A DNA stretch of 57,672 nucleotides, the filler included, from Sphacelaria rigidula (lineage: Eukaryota): NCBI GenBank assembly GCA_964200075.2. It is 9 parts of 9 records of this genome, joined end to end, with 100 filler letters (N's around TTAATTAATTAA, not from the genome) between each part and the next. Parts side by side here need not be neighbours in the genome. Positions count along the whole stretch, not along the records: positions 19,261 to 25,580 come from CAXNAA020020805.1; positions 25,681 to 31,999 come from CAXNAA020020806.1; positions 32,100 to 38,418 come from CAXNAA020020807.1; 6 more parts are not named here. One strand, written 5' to 3'. The notes beneath the pieces were generated by a model. That model worked only from the letters and a program-made list of their open reading frames with translations. It was not told the origin of the DNA and searched no databases. Of this stretch, positions 22,982-34,057 are shown in pieces (within the stretch, counting starts at the first letter, position 1; each line of letters begins with the position of its first letter). The translations under genes and the position numbers were made by a program.

Positions 22982-23836
22982 CTGCGTCCCAGCGCATTCG
23001 TCGCGTGGAGTGAGCGGTGGGAAAGATCGACTGTTTTAGACAATACTGTACACGCCAAAAGTGCAGCGCACGTCGACCTCATTTGCGTCGCACCCTTCCA
23101 TCTATCTCTCGTTGTTCGTTGGGGTGTGAGCAAGTACTATAGTGAGCGGCGCAGGAATTGTTGAATGTTGCGTACCCCGTGAAGCATCCAACCAAAAAAA
23201 ATACTGCACGCCGAATTTCTCAACAGTACTTTGAGTTCGGTTGGAACAGGCACGGGCTGGATTGTTGCAACCAGCTATTAATAATGTGAGATAATCAACC
23301 AACCAATCAGGCAGATCGAGGGTACGTTCATCGGTGGAATGAACGAACGTGTTTCGTGCTACAGCTAAGTGTGATGTGTCCATTGCATTTCACGGTTAGG
23401 AAGACCTGAACGTCGTTTACCCTCTGCATAACTATGTGCACGGCAGCGGTTTGCGAAGAAAGTTGAAATGGAGAAAAGGGATACAGGTAAAAAGGAATCT
23501 CGCGACACTCGGGGGTCTTGAGAAGTGCTTTTGCTATAATAACGAGGCTGTTTTGTCTGTTTTTTTTTCACGTTTTCCCCCCAAAAACTGGAATTCTTTC
23601 CCCCGGCTTCTCCGAGCCAGAAAAAAAACGCTGGAAAAAAAATCGTCGCTAGATTTTCGCGGCGAAATCCACAGTCAGTCTCAAATCCATGTACTGCCTA
23701 ACCTGGTCAAGGAATCCGCTCTCATATTTTTCGGATATTTTTTTTTCCTGGAAAAAAACGGAGATATCAAAGGAAAAAAAAAATCAGGCCCGTTAGTGAC
23801 AGCCCTTAGTCGTGTCGCACTTTCATTTTTGCTCAC

Positions 23837-23911
23837 CAGGATGCGTGGTCTCCGCCCTTCTGCCTCCGCAAACTCGTCTACCCGCCGCAGCACGTCATTG
23901 TATTCGGTTTC
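23837..23911 (-). CDS. MMUT: Methylmalonyl-CoA mutase exon
   Basis: ETEYNDVLRRVDEFAEAEGRRPRIL. CAG/GTGAG boundaries, phase 0/0. Confidence 0.95.
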
Positions 23912-24586
23912 CTGAGGAAACACAAGAACGTTTCGAAAGCAAAATACGACCGAGAATTGCCCCGTACAGTGATGAGCTAGACAGGCACACTCCAGAATGT
24001 GCTTGTTCGCTGCTACTGAAAACGTGACATTGCGCTGTCGGCAGTGGGTGACCTTCAAGTAGATCACATCAGCGACGGCCCCTGTACCTGCTAGAAAGCT
24101 GCCGATAAACGAGCGAAAATGCGGTACGAGTACAGTACTTCAAAGTTGCTCATGCAGAGTTTTGCACGATCCACACATGAGAGTGAAATGTACATTGTAC
24201 ACGGAACAACCCGCATGCGGCACGAAGAGTGGTGTAACCACTTGTGGCACCGATGTACTATTTTTACAGAAGCACTCGCGTGTGTGGTGAGATCAACTCA
24301 GGTAGAGAGAGAAGCGAAGATGACTCCTCGTAGTTCATCGCAGCTCGTGGTGAAGGAGGTGCGTGCGGGAGAGACAGATGGGGGGGGAGATGGTACACCT
24401 GTTTTTCACGTTCACGTTACCCTCTTCGTGTTGTGATAAGGGTGTTATCTGAAGCGTATCGTCCAGCACAGCAGTAGTATCTCTACTTCACGGCGGGTGT
24501 AATATACAGCGCATCAAATTGCCGAGTAGCTGCAACTCTTCATGAGATGCACGGTTGGTTGGCAAGCAGACGGTCGCGCAACTTAC

Positions 24587-24698
24587 CCCCACCGCCTCGT
24601 TGTAGCTGGAGCTATAGGCTCCTCGCACCACGGCGGTGGATGGGCGGTGCCGTCCCCACGCCTCTTCAAGGGCATCGGAGACCTCCCCCACGGTGCAC
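24587..24698 (-). CDS. MMUT: Methylmalonyl-CoA mutase exon
   Basis: (R)CTVGEVSDALEEAWGRHRPSTAVVRGAYSSSYNEAVG. TAG/GTAAG boundaries, phase 2/0. Confidence 0.95.
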
Positions 24699-25164
24699 CT
24701 ATAGGACAATGAGGACGGTGCGGAACACATGCCGGGATGCTAAGTGCTATTTGGAAGCAAATTAACGATAGAAAGTAGACGTAAATGTGTCGGGTGTGCT
24801 ACAAAGCTGTAGCAGTTACTTGCACTAAACCCGCAGATGGAGGAAACGATAAAGTCAAAAGAACGTTCAGAGGTCAGTGGCAGCACCCGAGGTCGATCTC
24901 ACTGTGCGAGGACTCACCTGGCGACAGGATGACAAGATCATTAACATTGTTTCTTGACGAGGAAGTAACAGCTGTCCCGCTCCCACCACCAGCATGGTAT
25001 GGCCATAACGGCCCAGCTAACCAGCAAGTTTTTTGTCATTTAAGCGCGATCTCTACCCAAACCTTCTTATACGTCATGTTCCACGGCTGTCATATTACCT
25101 CAACGCCACGAGTACTTATAATCTGTAGACCAGAGCTTGGTGTTAATAGGCCCAGCACCCATAC

Positions 25165-25304
25165 CTGGCTCTGGCGGCTTCTATGGCAAGTTTAACGAGA
25201 TTCATGGGGTGATTTCCGTCGCTCGTAGTCTCGTTGCTCACGGCGCTTGCACGGAGTGCGTCCAAAGCTGCCGTTGCTCTCCCAGCGTCTCTTTCAGCCT
25301 TGAG
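25165..25304 (-). CDS. MMUT: Methylmalonyl-CoA mutase exon (most 5' exon on this contig)
   Basis: LKAERDAGRATAALDAL...NLVKLAIEAARA(R). CAG/GTATG boundaries, phase compatible with the next exon. Confidence 0.93.
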
Positions 25305-25514
25305 CTGTAGCACGGTCGGTGGGTGAAACGAAGCCAGCGGGTAACACAGTAGCACAAAGGGAGACGGAGGTACGGGGATGCTGCAGACGTGTCGGGGAGC
25401 CCAAAAGCATCGCCAGTTTAGTTGGTACATGTAATTCGAATCAAGCCCTCGTGAAATCCAAGTGGGGGGGGACGGGGGGGGGGGGGGGGGGGGGCAGTAT
25501 AAGCTGCATCATTG

Positions 25515-25580
<66 letters not shown>
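25515..25580. repeat. (GTT)n microsatellite at the contig end
   Basis: Perfect trinucleotide run up to the spacer. Confidence 0.97.
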
Positions 25581-25699
25581 NNNNNNNNNNNNNNNNNNNN
25601 NNNNNNNNNNNNNNNNNNNNNNNNTTAATTAATTAANNNNNNNNNNNNNNNNNNNNNNNNNNNNNNNNNNNNNNNNNNNNAGCCGCTGTTTCTCAACAG

Positions 25700-26265
25700 G
25701 CGTAGATACGGTATGCTATATCTCAACCCCTGATCCATGATCGGAGGGAAACCAAGAGGAGAATTTCATAACAGTTTCACGGAATGGCCCTTACCTTCCC
25801 GCGTGCATTTGTTTTTTGCTTTTGTGTTGCTACGTGTTGATCGCGTGGACCTTGCGGTTCATCCGAGCTATCGTTTGTTGAATTTGACGTCGACACACCC
25901 GAGATACGGCATGCCATATCTCAACCCCTGATACATGATCGGACGGAAACCAACAGGAGAATTTCAGAACAATTTCACGGAATGGGCCTTAACTTTTGTG
26001 TGCATGTTTGTTCGTTTTTTCCCGTGACTGGCCGTTTTTCGCGTGGACCTTGCGGTTCATCCGAGCTATTGTTTGTTGAATTTGACGTCGACACGCCGTA
26101 CAAATGGCATGCCATATCTCAACCCTTCATCCATGATCGGAGGGAAACCAACAGAAAAATTTCACGGAACGGGCCTCAACTTTTTGTGTCATTGCTTTTT
26201 TTTTTTTTGCTGGCCGTTGTTCGCGTGGACCTTACGGTTCATCCGAGCTATCGTTTGTTGAAATC
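25700..26265 (+). repeat. Tandem repeat, three diverged copies of ~190-200 bp
   Basis: ATATCTCAACCC..ATGATCGGA..GAAACCAA and CGCGTGGACCTT(G/A)CGGTTCATCCGAGCTAT..TTTGTTGAA each recur three times. Confidence 0.9.
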
Positions 26266-29200
26266 GACCCAAAAATGCTCGAGTTACGTCTTTTCATGTA
26301 TCCATCCCTACTAACAGTGTCCCCCCGTAATAGCACATCGTACGATGGGTCCGTCAGAAAATGACTGGTGGGAAGAAGAAAGATCTGAATAACTACAGTG
26401 GCGCTGGGCAGGTCCGAGCCCTCGTAACTCACTATTGTCGATGCGAAGATTTAAGGGTTGTCCTCGATTCGGGTGCCAGCGTGCGCACGCCAAGTAACGC
26501 ACATGCGCCATCCAACAACCATTGCAGAGAGAGGAATTGGGTAGCAGTGCTCGACTACACAAGCACGTAAGGTGAGCCCGCGTCGAGAGAATGGGGGTTC
26601 ATATTCATTGAGAGATGACAAATCAACCCGATACCATCCCATTTTCTTTGTCGTGCGAAAGACGCTGTGAAGATATACGGAATATGTTCGGCGAATATTG
26701 AAGGAGGCACATACACTAGCCCCTTTTCTCCTCATGGGCTGCTATCGCATGACTCGACACACGAAAAAACCAACCTACGACGCAATCGTTCTCGATGAGC
26801 ATGTACACCTTGTGTACCAGTAATAGCGGCAGAAACTCCACGAGCAAGTCGCTGGATCGTGCTACAGGCTGCTTCAGGGATAAAATGAGAAAAAAGACGG
26901 CAGACGATTTCTCACGTACACGGAGCAGATGGAGACGATAAGTATCACACACACTCCCGCGTATATAGGGGAAAGTACAACGCGGCCTCTTTTTAACTGC
27001 TCCCCCCCCGGGTGGCGCTCTAGCAGCGTGAGAAACAGGGGATCTAGAGTCGTATATAATTTAGTGTGGGCGAATCTACGGAATCTACGGAAAGCAATTC
27101 CGCCGCTGTTTTCGATTTGTGTTTCCGTGGATACCCCGCACGTGGTCGCACTTGGGGTGCACCTCGAACAACCGTGTGCATCCAGGACAGAGTCGGGGTA
27201 AGAGCGGAGCGCGATTCATAACCCACACAGAAGTTGCAAAGACACCCTGAGATGAGGTAGGAGGGATTGAGCCATACGTAGTACCGCTCATAGCCGGAGG
27301 AATGCGGTCTCCTCGCCGCAGCCCCACCATATGCCCTACGATATCGGGGCGCTTTCCCTTTGGCTCCATTCCCTTGGCCGTTTGTGGGAGCAAGGATATA
27401 ATTTTACATGCAGACTTTCCTGAATTAGGTCCTACGTCACCGGTGTTCGGTCGCTTCTTTTTCCACCGGGTTTTCAACGGTGTTGTGGGGTCTCCACCCA
27501 ATGTATTCGGTACATTCTCGGAACATAAAATATCCACTTTCAAATCTCACGGCTTTTTGAGAGTATACAGGAAGCGGAACTTCACACACGTATTCCTAGA
27601 GGCAACCCCAAGGTAAATTGATCGGAGTTACGGTCGGTTCACACGGTTTCTTGAAGTCATGTCTCAATCGAGGCCCGGGTTATCGGAACATTTTCTTTTC
27701 GCTCGAATCCTCAACCCATGCCGGTGTTGAGAAGTAAGACGAAAATTCATACAGTTCTTCGTGGAGGCAAGCCTGACATCGCCAGTAGTTAACGTCATTT
27801 TCTAATAGCAGTCGATGAAGCGCTTCTGTGGGGTTGTAAGCCGCCGGTAGTGGCCCAAGACCCCAGATTATCGGAACATTTTCACGCTTGCTCCATTTCT
27901 CGCGCCGGTTGTGAGGGTTAGGAGACGAGATACCAAGATACCACAAACATATTCGTGAAGGAAAAGCCCGAGGTCGTCCATGTTTTGCATGGTGTAGATC
28001 CAATCGTTTTCATCGATATCTCGGGGTCATGGACCACTGGAAGGGCCAAGGCACCCGAGATTCTCCGAACAATTCCACGATTGCTCCGTTCCTCACACCA
28101 GTTTTAACAATGAGGGCACAAAACTTCATGCACGTGTTTCTGAACGGAAGGCCAGCGTGGCCAATGTTTTGTTCAGCGTGTTTCTTGCCATTTTCACCGA
28201 TTCCTAGAGGTCATCTAGCCGCCAAAGTTGCCGGGAACCCCATATTCTCGGAACCTCTTCACGTTTGTTCCGTTTCTCATGTCAGTCTCGGAGCGCTGTG
28301 ACATGAAATTTCGCACACATGTTCATAAAATGACGGCCGAGGAAGCGAGGTTCCATCGGTTTTACCAGTTCTTGGGGCAATAAACCGGTGAAAACCATGA
28401 AACCCGGAGAAGATGAAATACTGGCGACCTCGGCCGTCCCTTTATGAGCGAGTGTGTGAAGTTTCGTGTCGCAACTCTTACAATCGGCGTGAGAAATGGC
28501 TCCTCAGTAAATCCCCAAATTCTTCCCTGAGCCAGACTGTGTGAAAGTGCAGAGCTACACAGCACTGAAGGCGGGTGTACGTAAGTTCACCGGACCCCCA
28601 CTTATGCGAGTACTCCAGGGGAAATCGGCGAAGGGTTGGGATTAGCAAAGCTGCCGAACTGGACTAAAAATGTTGGGCAGAGCTAAGTTTCCAGAAGTAA
28701 GCATTGATCTCACGGTAGTCCTTGACTTAGCCTGTACCCAGCGATTCGAGGCACCAAGTCCAGCCCCGGCTTCGCATAGTGTTATCCATCCCCGACAAAG
28801 GCCCACTTCGGGAAGAGCGCCGGGCGATTAATTGATTAAATAATTGGTTGTTGCACATGAACATTATTAATAGCGGATTTCCGAGGAATCCAGCCGTGGT
28901 CATCAGAAGTGCTCGGGGTAAAAAAACGGAAGCACACACTGAAGGATTACCGAGCAAGGGGAGAGGGAGAGCAAATAAAAATGAAAAAAAAAAGAAGTGA
29001 GAACAAAACGGAGTATTAATTACACTGAGGGACAAACGAGAGACAAGAACAGAAATAGAAAAAGCGGAAGAAAACACAGAACAAGAACGTGATATTTTTT
29101 ATTTTTATGGTTCAATTGATTGTCGCACTTTCAGCCGTGGTCACAGGGTAGACGTATACCCAAGACAAAACAAGACTGAAATATTCGCTGAAGAAAAGAA

Positions 29201-29280
29201 AGAACAGAAAAAAATCGAATGGAACGACAATGTAGACTGAAACGTGTAAAAAAAAAAAGAATAGAAAATGACAACAACAG

Positions 29281-29312
<32 letters not shown>

Positions 29313-30559
29313 ACAACAACAACAACAACAAACACAAAGAAAAAAAATGGAACAGCAAGACCGCGTAGAACGTGAATAAGAACACAGCTAGAAACATCGC
29401 CAGGGTTGCAGCCCGAGGAAAAAGGTCAATGACCGATAAGATAAGACGGGGGTATATTAGTTTATTGTCGTTACGCTGTGCAATAGTACTGAAATCCATT
29501 CCGCCAGGAAACGAGGACAGCAAGTGCATAGCGGTGGCTTTGATGAGAAACACATTTCGGATACGCATACCCTACAACTAGTTTCACCATATCGATAGTT
29601 TCGCTATTTCAAAGTACAGTCAGCCGGTGTTTGACATGACCTTTCAGCGCTGCCTGCGCCTGGGCATTTGTTTAAATCACATATTTGGATGCCTCGGTAT
29701 CTCCCGCAGACGATGACAAATATCACGACGTTTCGGCTGGGTTCTGCGCAAGTGAACTCATACATATATTTATATATATATATATATGCATACATACATG
29801 AACCATTAGGCCCAACGGCAGCGCTCAACCAGCATGAGCGACTGAAGAAATGAGCGAACCCGCGTACGTTATGGACAGAGCAAAGTGTGGAGGGCACTTG
29901 GGGGTAGTGAGCTGTTGTGTGACAAGTGAGGCTGAAAGTTATCGCCTGCTTGGATATTCATCGTCCCTCCCATGCAGACTCGCATCACGATGCTACGAAA
30001 TGGCTGGCGTCCATCACCTCTTATCAAGCGAGATATACGACTGAAAGTGGAAAATGCATTTTATATTAAAATTCTTTCCGGTCGTATTTTCGTGTCACTC
30101 TGAATTTCCCCTTCTTCTCGGCCTTGTCGTCTTTTCTTGCTTTTTTCTCTCAGCCGTATCAGTGTTCGTCTCTGCCCTAATAATGCGGTGCCCAGCTAGC
30201 TCAGTCGCAGATTGCTTTCACGGCATTAAAACTTGTATAACCTCCTTGCCTCAAGCCCCGATGGGGGGCCGTCGGCATTTGTTTTATCGGGAATGTTGGT
30301 TCTCAGCCCTGCGTTTTCCTTCTCATCTTGTCTGCTTTCTCCAATTTTTCAGTTTACTTTGTTCTGGCCTCCTTTCTTCGTCATTATCCACCCTTCCTCA
30401 GCTATTCCTTCAGTGGGTGTTTCTATTTATTTACCTTGGGTACATCTACCATGTAGCCACGGCCCGATCGTCACGGATCACTTGATGAGCGCCAGATAAT
30501 CAAGTCATCGACTGTACATCGACGCGGATATCGGTCCGATGACATTGAATGAAGCAAGT

Positions 30560-30930
30560 GTTCGGTGCCTCGTTCATGCTCCGCTGTACACAAGATTTTC
30601 ATGTGACCTAAGAACGGCATGGCGGCTTCTCCATGCATCTCGTCAACACTCGTCAACAATAAACAACTCGATGGCCGTTCGACAGCTTTTGAAGTTGTCC
30701 ACTCCGAAAATAAACTGACTCGACTGTGGACTGCATTTTGGCTGTGTGTGCCGACCGTATCTATCACACTTGTGTACCAGTGACGACAACTTCGAAACGC
30801 GAAAACCAGGCGACCTCGCACTGCGAACCAAGTGCACACAGTAACGGAAAATAACTTGCGCCAGACAGCCGCTCAGGAGAAGGTCCTGGGAGCTTAGAAC
30901 CGCGGGAAAAGCTGTGTGCGATGAAGCAGC
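30560..30930 (-). pseudogene. Decayed RecQ-like/SF2 DExH helicase fragment (tentative)
   Basis: AFPAVLSSQDLLLSG (pre-motif I) followed by IELFIVDE-MH (motif II), broken by a 10-nt tandem duplication. Confidence 0.45.
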
Positions 30931-31259
30931 AGTGCTGGTCATGATCTATCTTATGTGCGCTTAGGCTACATGATCCAAATCGTGACCACTGCAGACAAAG
31001 AAGGATATCTCAGTGCACATATGCCAAACTGAACTCATTCCAATCGTCATGTGGAGCTCTGGCGCGTAGCTACCAACTCCCCGCGTGCTGGATCGATCCC
31101 AAGCCCTCAATTAAGAACCGAGGTGAAGACAGGGCGCGTTCCAACTTTCGCTTCGGCTTATACGGCGGGGCGCATGGTTTGTGGTGTTGGCGATAGCTTG
31201 TGACAAAAGTTGATGGAGTGTAAAGTAACACTGTACACGCTGTGAATGTGTGTTGTTAT

Positions 31260-31570
31260 GTTGTCGTCCCATCTATTTTGGACACCGGTCTACACCTTTC
31301 GGGATATGTGGGCCGCACCAGCTGGGGTCACATAGGAAGACGGCCAACACATGTTTGTTTTTAGTTCTCCACCTTCCTTCTGCGGTGCCTGCCTTTTTTT
31401 TTCGGCACGAGAGGGGTTCGGCATCCCTTCCCTCGTCGACCATTAAGTCGACTATTGCGTGCCCACGACATAGTCGCTGTCAAGTGTTGGGCATTGTGTG
31501 AGAAAAAATCCCAGATCGCTCCGAGATACGAACCCACGACTCAACTGTCAGAGGGTACAAGCTGGGCCGG
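31260..31570 (-). repeat. SINE-like repeat with a degenerate B box
   Basis: The minus strand has GGGTTCGTATCTCGG (B-box-like) near 31520-31535. No long ORF. Boundaries approximate. Confidence 0.45.
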
Positions 31571-32470
31571 CCAAGACGCTGTCAATCCGTCAGACGGCCA
31601 TAACTCTGCTTCTGCTACGTTGTAGGTCATTCCGAAACCACCGCTGAAATCGGGGAAGTCACACCTAGAAGCTACAGCTCTCCAAATCCTGCATAGAGCA
31701 CGTTCTGCACTTGAAGAGTCATCGGCCAATCACAGCGCGTCATAGCGCGGCGCGATTGAGGCATGAAACGGTCATTTTCGTGAAATTCCTGAAAAAAAAA
31801 TGCGGCGCAATTGTAGAAAGTGACAGTCACGAACGGCAGCATCAGCAGCACAGCAGTGTCTCCCCTGCAAGAGCTCGCTGCTGACCTCGCGTATGCCAGG
31901 CGCTATGCGGTGGGTGAAGACCACGGTTCCTAAGTTTGTCCACGACAAGCGTAGAGGAGAGTGGCGGCTCAAGCTGCATTACACGCGAACTACGAAGAAN
32001 NNNNNNNNNNNNNNNNNNNNNNNNNNNNNNNNNNNNNNNNNNNTTAATTAATTAANNNNNNNNNNNNNNNNNNNNNNNNNNNNNNNNNNNNNNNNNNNNG
32101 GGAAATAAAATATGTAATAAAAAAAAAATGATACAACAAAAAAAAAAAAAAAAAAAAAAGAGGAGAAGGGGGGGGGGGAAGAAAAATTCGAAACACCAAT
32201 TAATTATATCGAAAAGCATCATTTTTCTTACTCTTCACAAAAAAAATACAGTTGAAACCACAAGAAGCAGGAGGAGCAGCTGCTTGTACTGTCGGCAGGT
32301 TGAGGTATGGAAGCAATCCATGACACATCAAGTACTAAACCCGGCCGTACTGCTCCCGACCTTACCTTACCTTACCTTACGGCACTACAAGGTGCAACGG
32401 TCAGCGTTACGGACGGGGCGGTTGATGGTCTACCTACAATCACAAGGGTCATCCGCGCCTCAAACCCCGT

Positions 32471-33015
32471 TGTGCGCCTGGTCTCAGTTCGGAACAGTAT
32501 CGTCGGCTGGTTTTCAATGCCGGAACATACCACACCCTAGATAATGACAACATATTACATTGTCAAAAACTGTACCGCGTTCAGTATGGAATATACTGTC
32601 TATTGCAATAGACGCAAATAGTCGATACTGTACGCAATACATTTTTTGTGCGCCTGGTCTCTGTTTGGAACAGTATCGTCGGCTGGTTTTCAATGCTGGA
32701 ACATACCACATCCTGGATTATGACAATATATCACATTGTCAAAAATTGTACCGCGTTCGGTATGGAATATACTGTCTATTGCAACAGACGCAAATAGTCG
32801 ATACTGTACGCAATACACTTTTTGTGCGCTTGGTTTCAGTTCAGTTCGGAACAGTATCGTCGGCTGGTTTCCAATGCTGGAACAAACCACGCCCTGGATA
32901 ATGACAATAGATTACATCGTAGAAAGTGTACTGCGCACAGCATGGAATCTATTGCCTATTGCAACAGACGCAAATAGTCGACACTGTACGACATTTTTGA
33001 CAATGTAATCTATTG
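32471..33015 (+). repeat. Tandem triplication (~176-bp unit) containing a CCACACCCTGG MITE end
   Basis: GGAACAGTATCGTCGGCTGGTTT.CAATGC.GGAACA.ACCAC.CC.. occurs three times, near 32490, 32667 and 32848. Confidence 0.9.
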
Positions 33016-33912
33016 TTCGGTTCCCGCTAGATGCGTTTACAGTATGAATAACTTGGCTCTTTTTGTTATCAGGAATATCTGACTTCCGTCCTTGAAAGTG
33101 CAAGGACGTGAATAGCAAAAAAAAAATGGCTTAGTTGTTTCACTCGACAGTTGACGACGCGGTGCGGCAGTGATGGTTATGATCCAATCTCCGTCGTGAT
33201 ACCAAGATGCAAGGCGTGTACAGTACGGGGGAAGAGATGGGTTGACCCTTTTAGACCACGGACTCATCCCTCCGAAGGGGAAGGAGTAGAAGTGAGAATG
33301 GAATAAAACAAAACATTCTTCACCCTTCCCCCTTCTTCTACACGAGTCCGGAGTGTAAAGGGACCAACCCATGTGTCTCCTTCGGTATTCCCCCAGGCAT
33401 TTGGCATAATCACGGACGGGATCAGAAAGAACTAACTTCCTCCCGCACGGCGTCGCCTCTCATCAAATTTCCGCTCGCGACTCACGTCTTCAAGTTTTCA
33501 ACGATCAAAAACTATACCTATTTCGGAGAAAAAAAGAAAAAAAAAAAGAGACTAATTAGTATCTTCCAGAACCTCGAACCCTAATCATTCCACCCTTCAA
33601 GCGGTTATAATTGTTTTCACACCCTAGACACTAGATTACATATGGCTGAAAGTGTATTGCATACACAGTACAGTATCGAATCTACCGTCCATTACAAGTA
33701 GAAGGCAATACATTCGGTACTGTACGCAGTACACTCTTTGCCATTGCAATCTGTTGGTCGAGCCGTGAAATTGTTGAACAGCACTCCTGAGTCATTTTTC
33801 ACCTCTTTTCCCCCCAGTACTCCAATCCAAGGTCCTTGTCTGAGGGCGTCTAGCCACCCCGAGATATCAGGGAGGCAAACGTGACGGATGCACGGGTACG
33901 ACTATGACTCAC

Positions 33913-34057
33913 CCCGCGTAACCGCTCTCCTGATAGAGCCCCAGTTGATCAGCGGGGTAACAACGAACGCCATTTTGGCCCAATGATCCCACAGGAGACG
34001 GCGGTTGAGGAACTGGTAGTTGATCGGTCGCGGACCTGCGTCGATTCGCTCGTTGAC
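33913..34057 (-). CDS. PEX2: Peroxin-2-like internal exon
   Basis: VNERIDAGPRPINYQFLNRRLLWDHWAKMAFVVTPLINWGSIRR matches the Pex2 pattern RxxxxxxxNRxLLWxxxxxxxxxxxPLIN. CAG/GTGAG splice sites. No other exons recognised. Confidence 0.75.

Noticed and set aside
25700..26265. CRISPR array or RNA gene cluster
   Set aside because: Whole ~195-bp units are duplicated, which makes it an ordinary tandem repeat.
29131..29568. Poly-Leu/Val membrane-protein ORFs (also 25319-25636)
   Set aside because: They are translations of CAA/GTT microsatellites and repeat tails.
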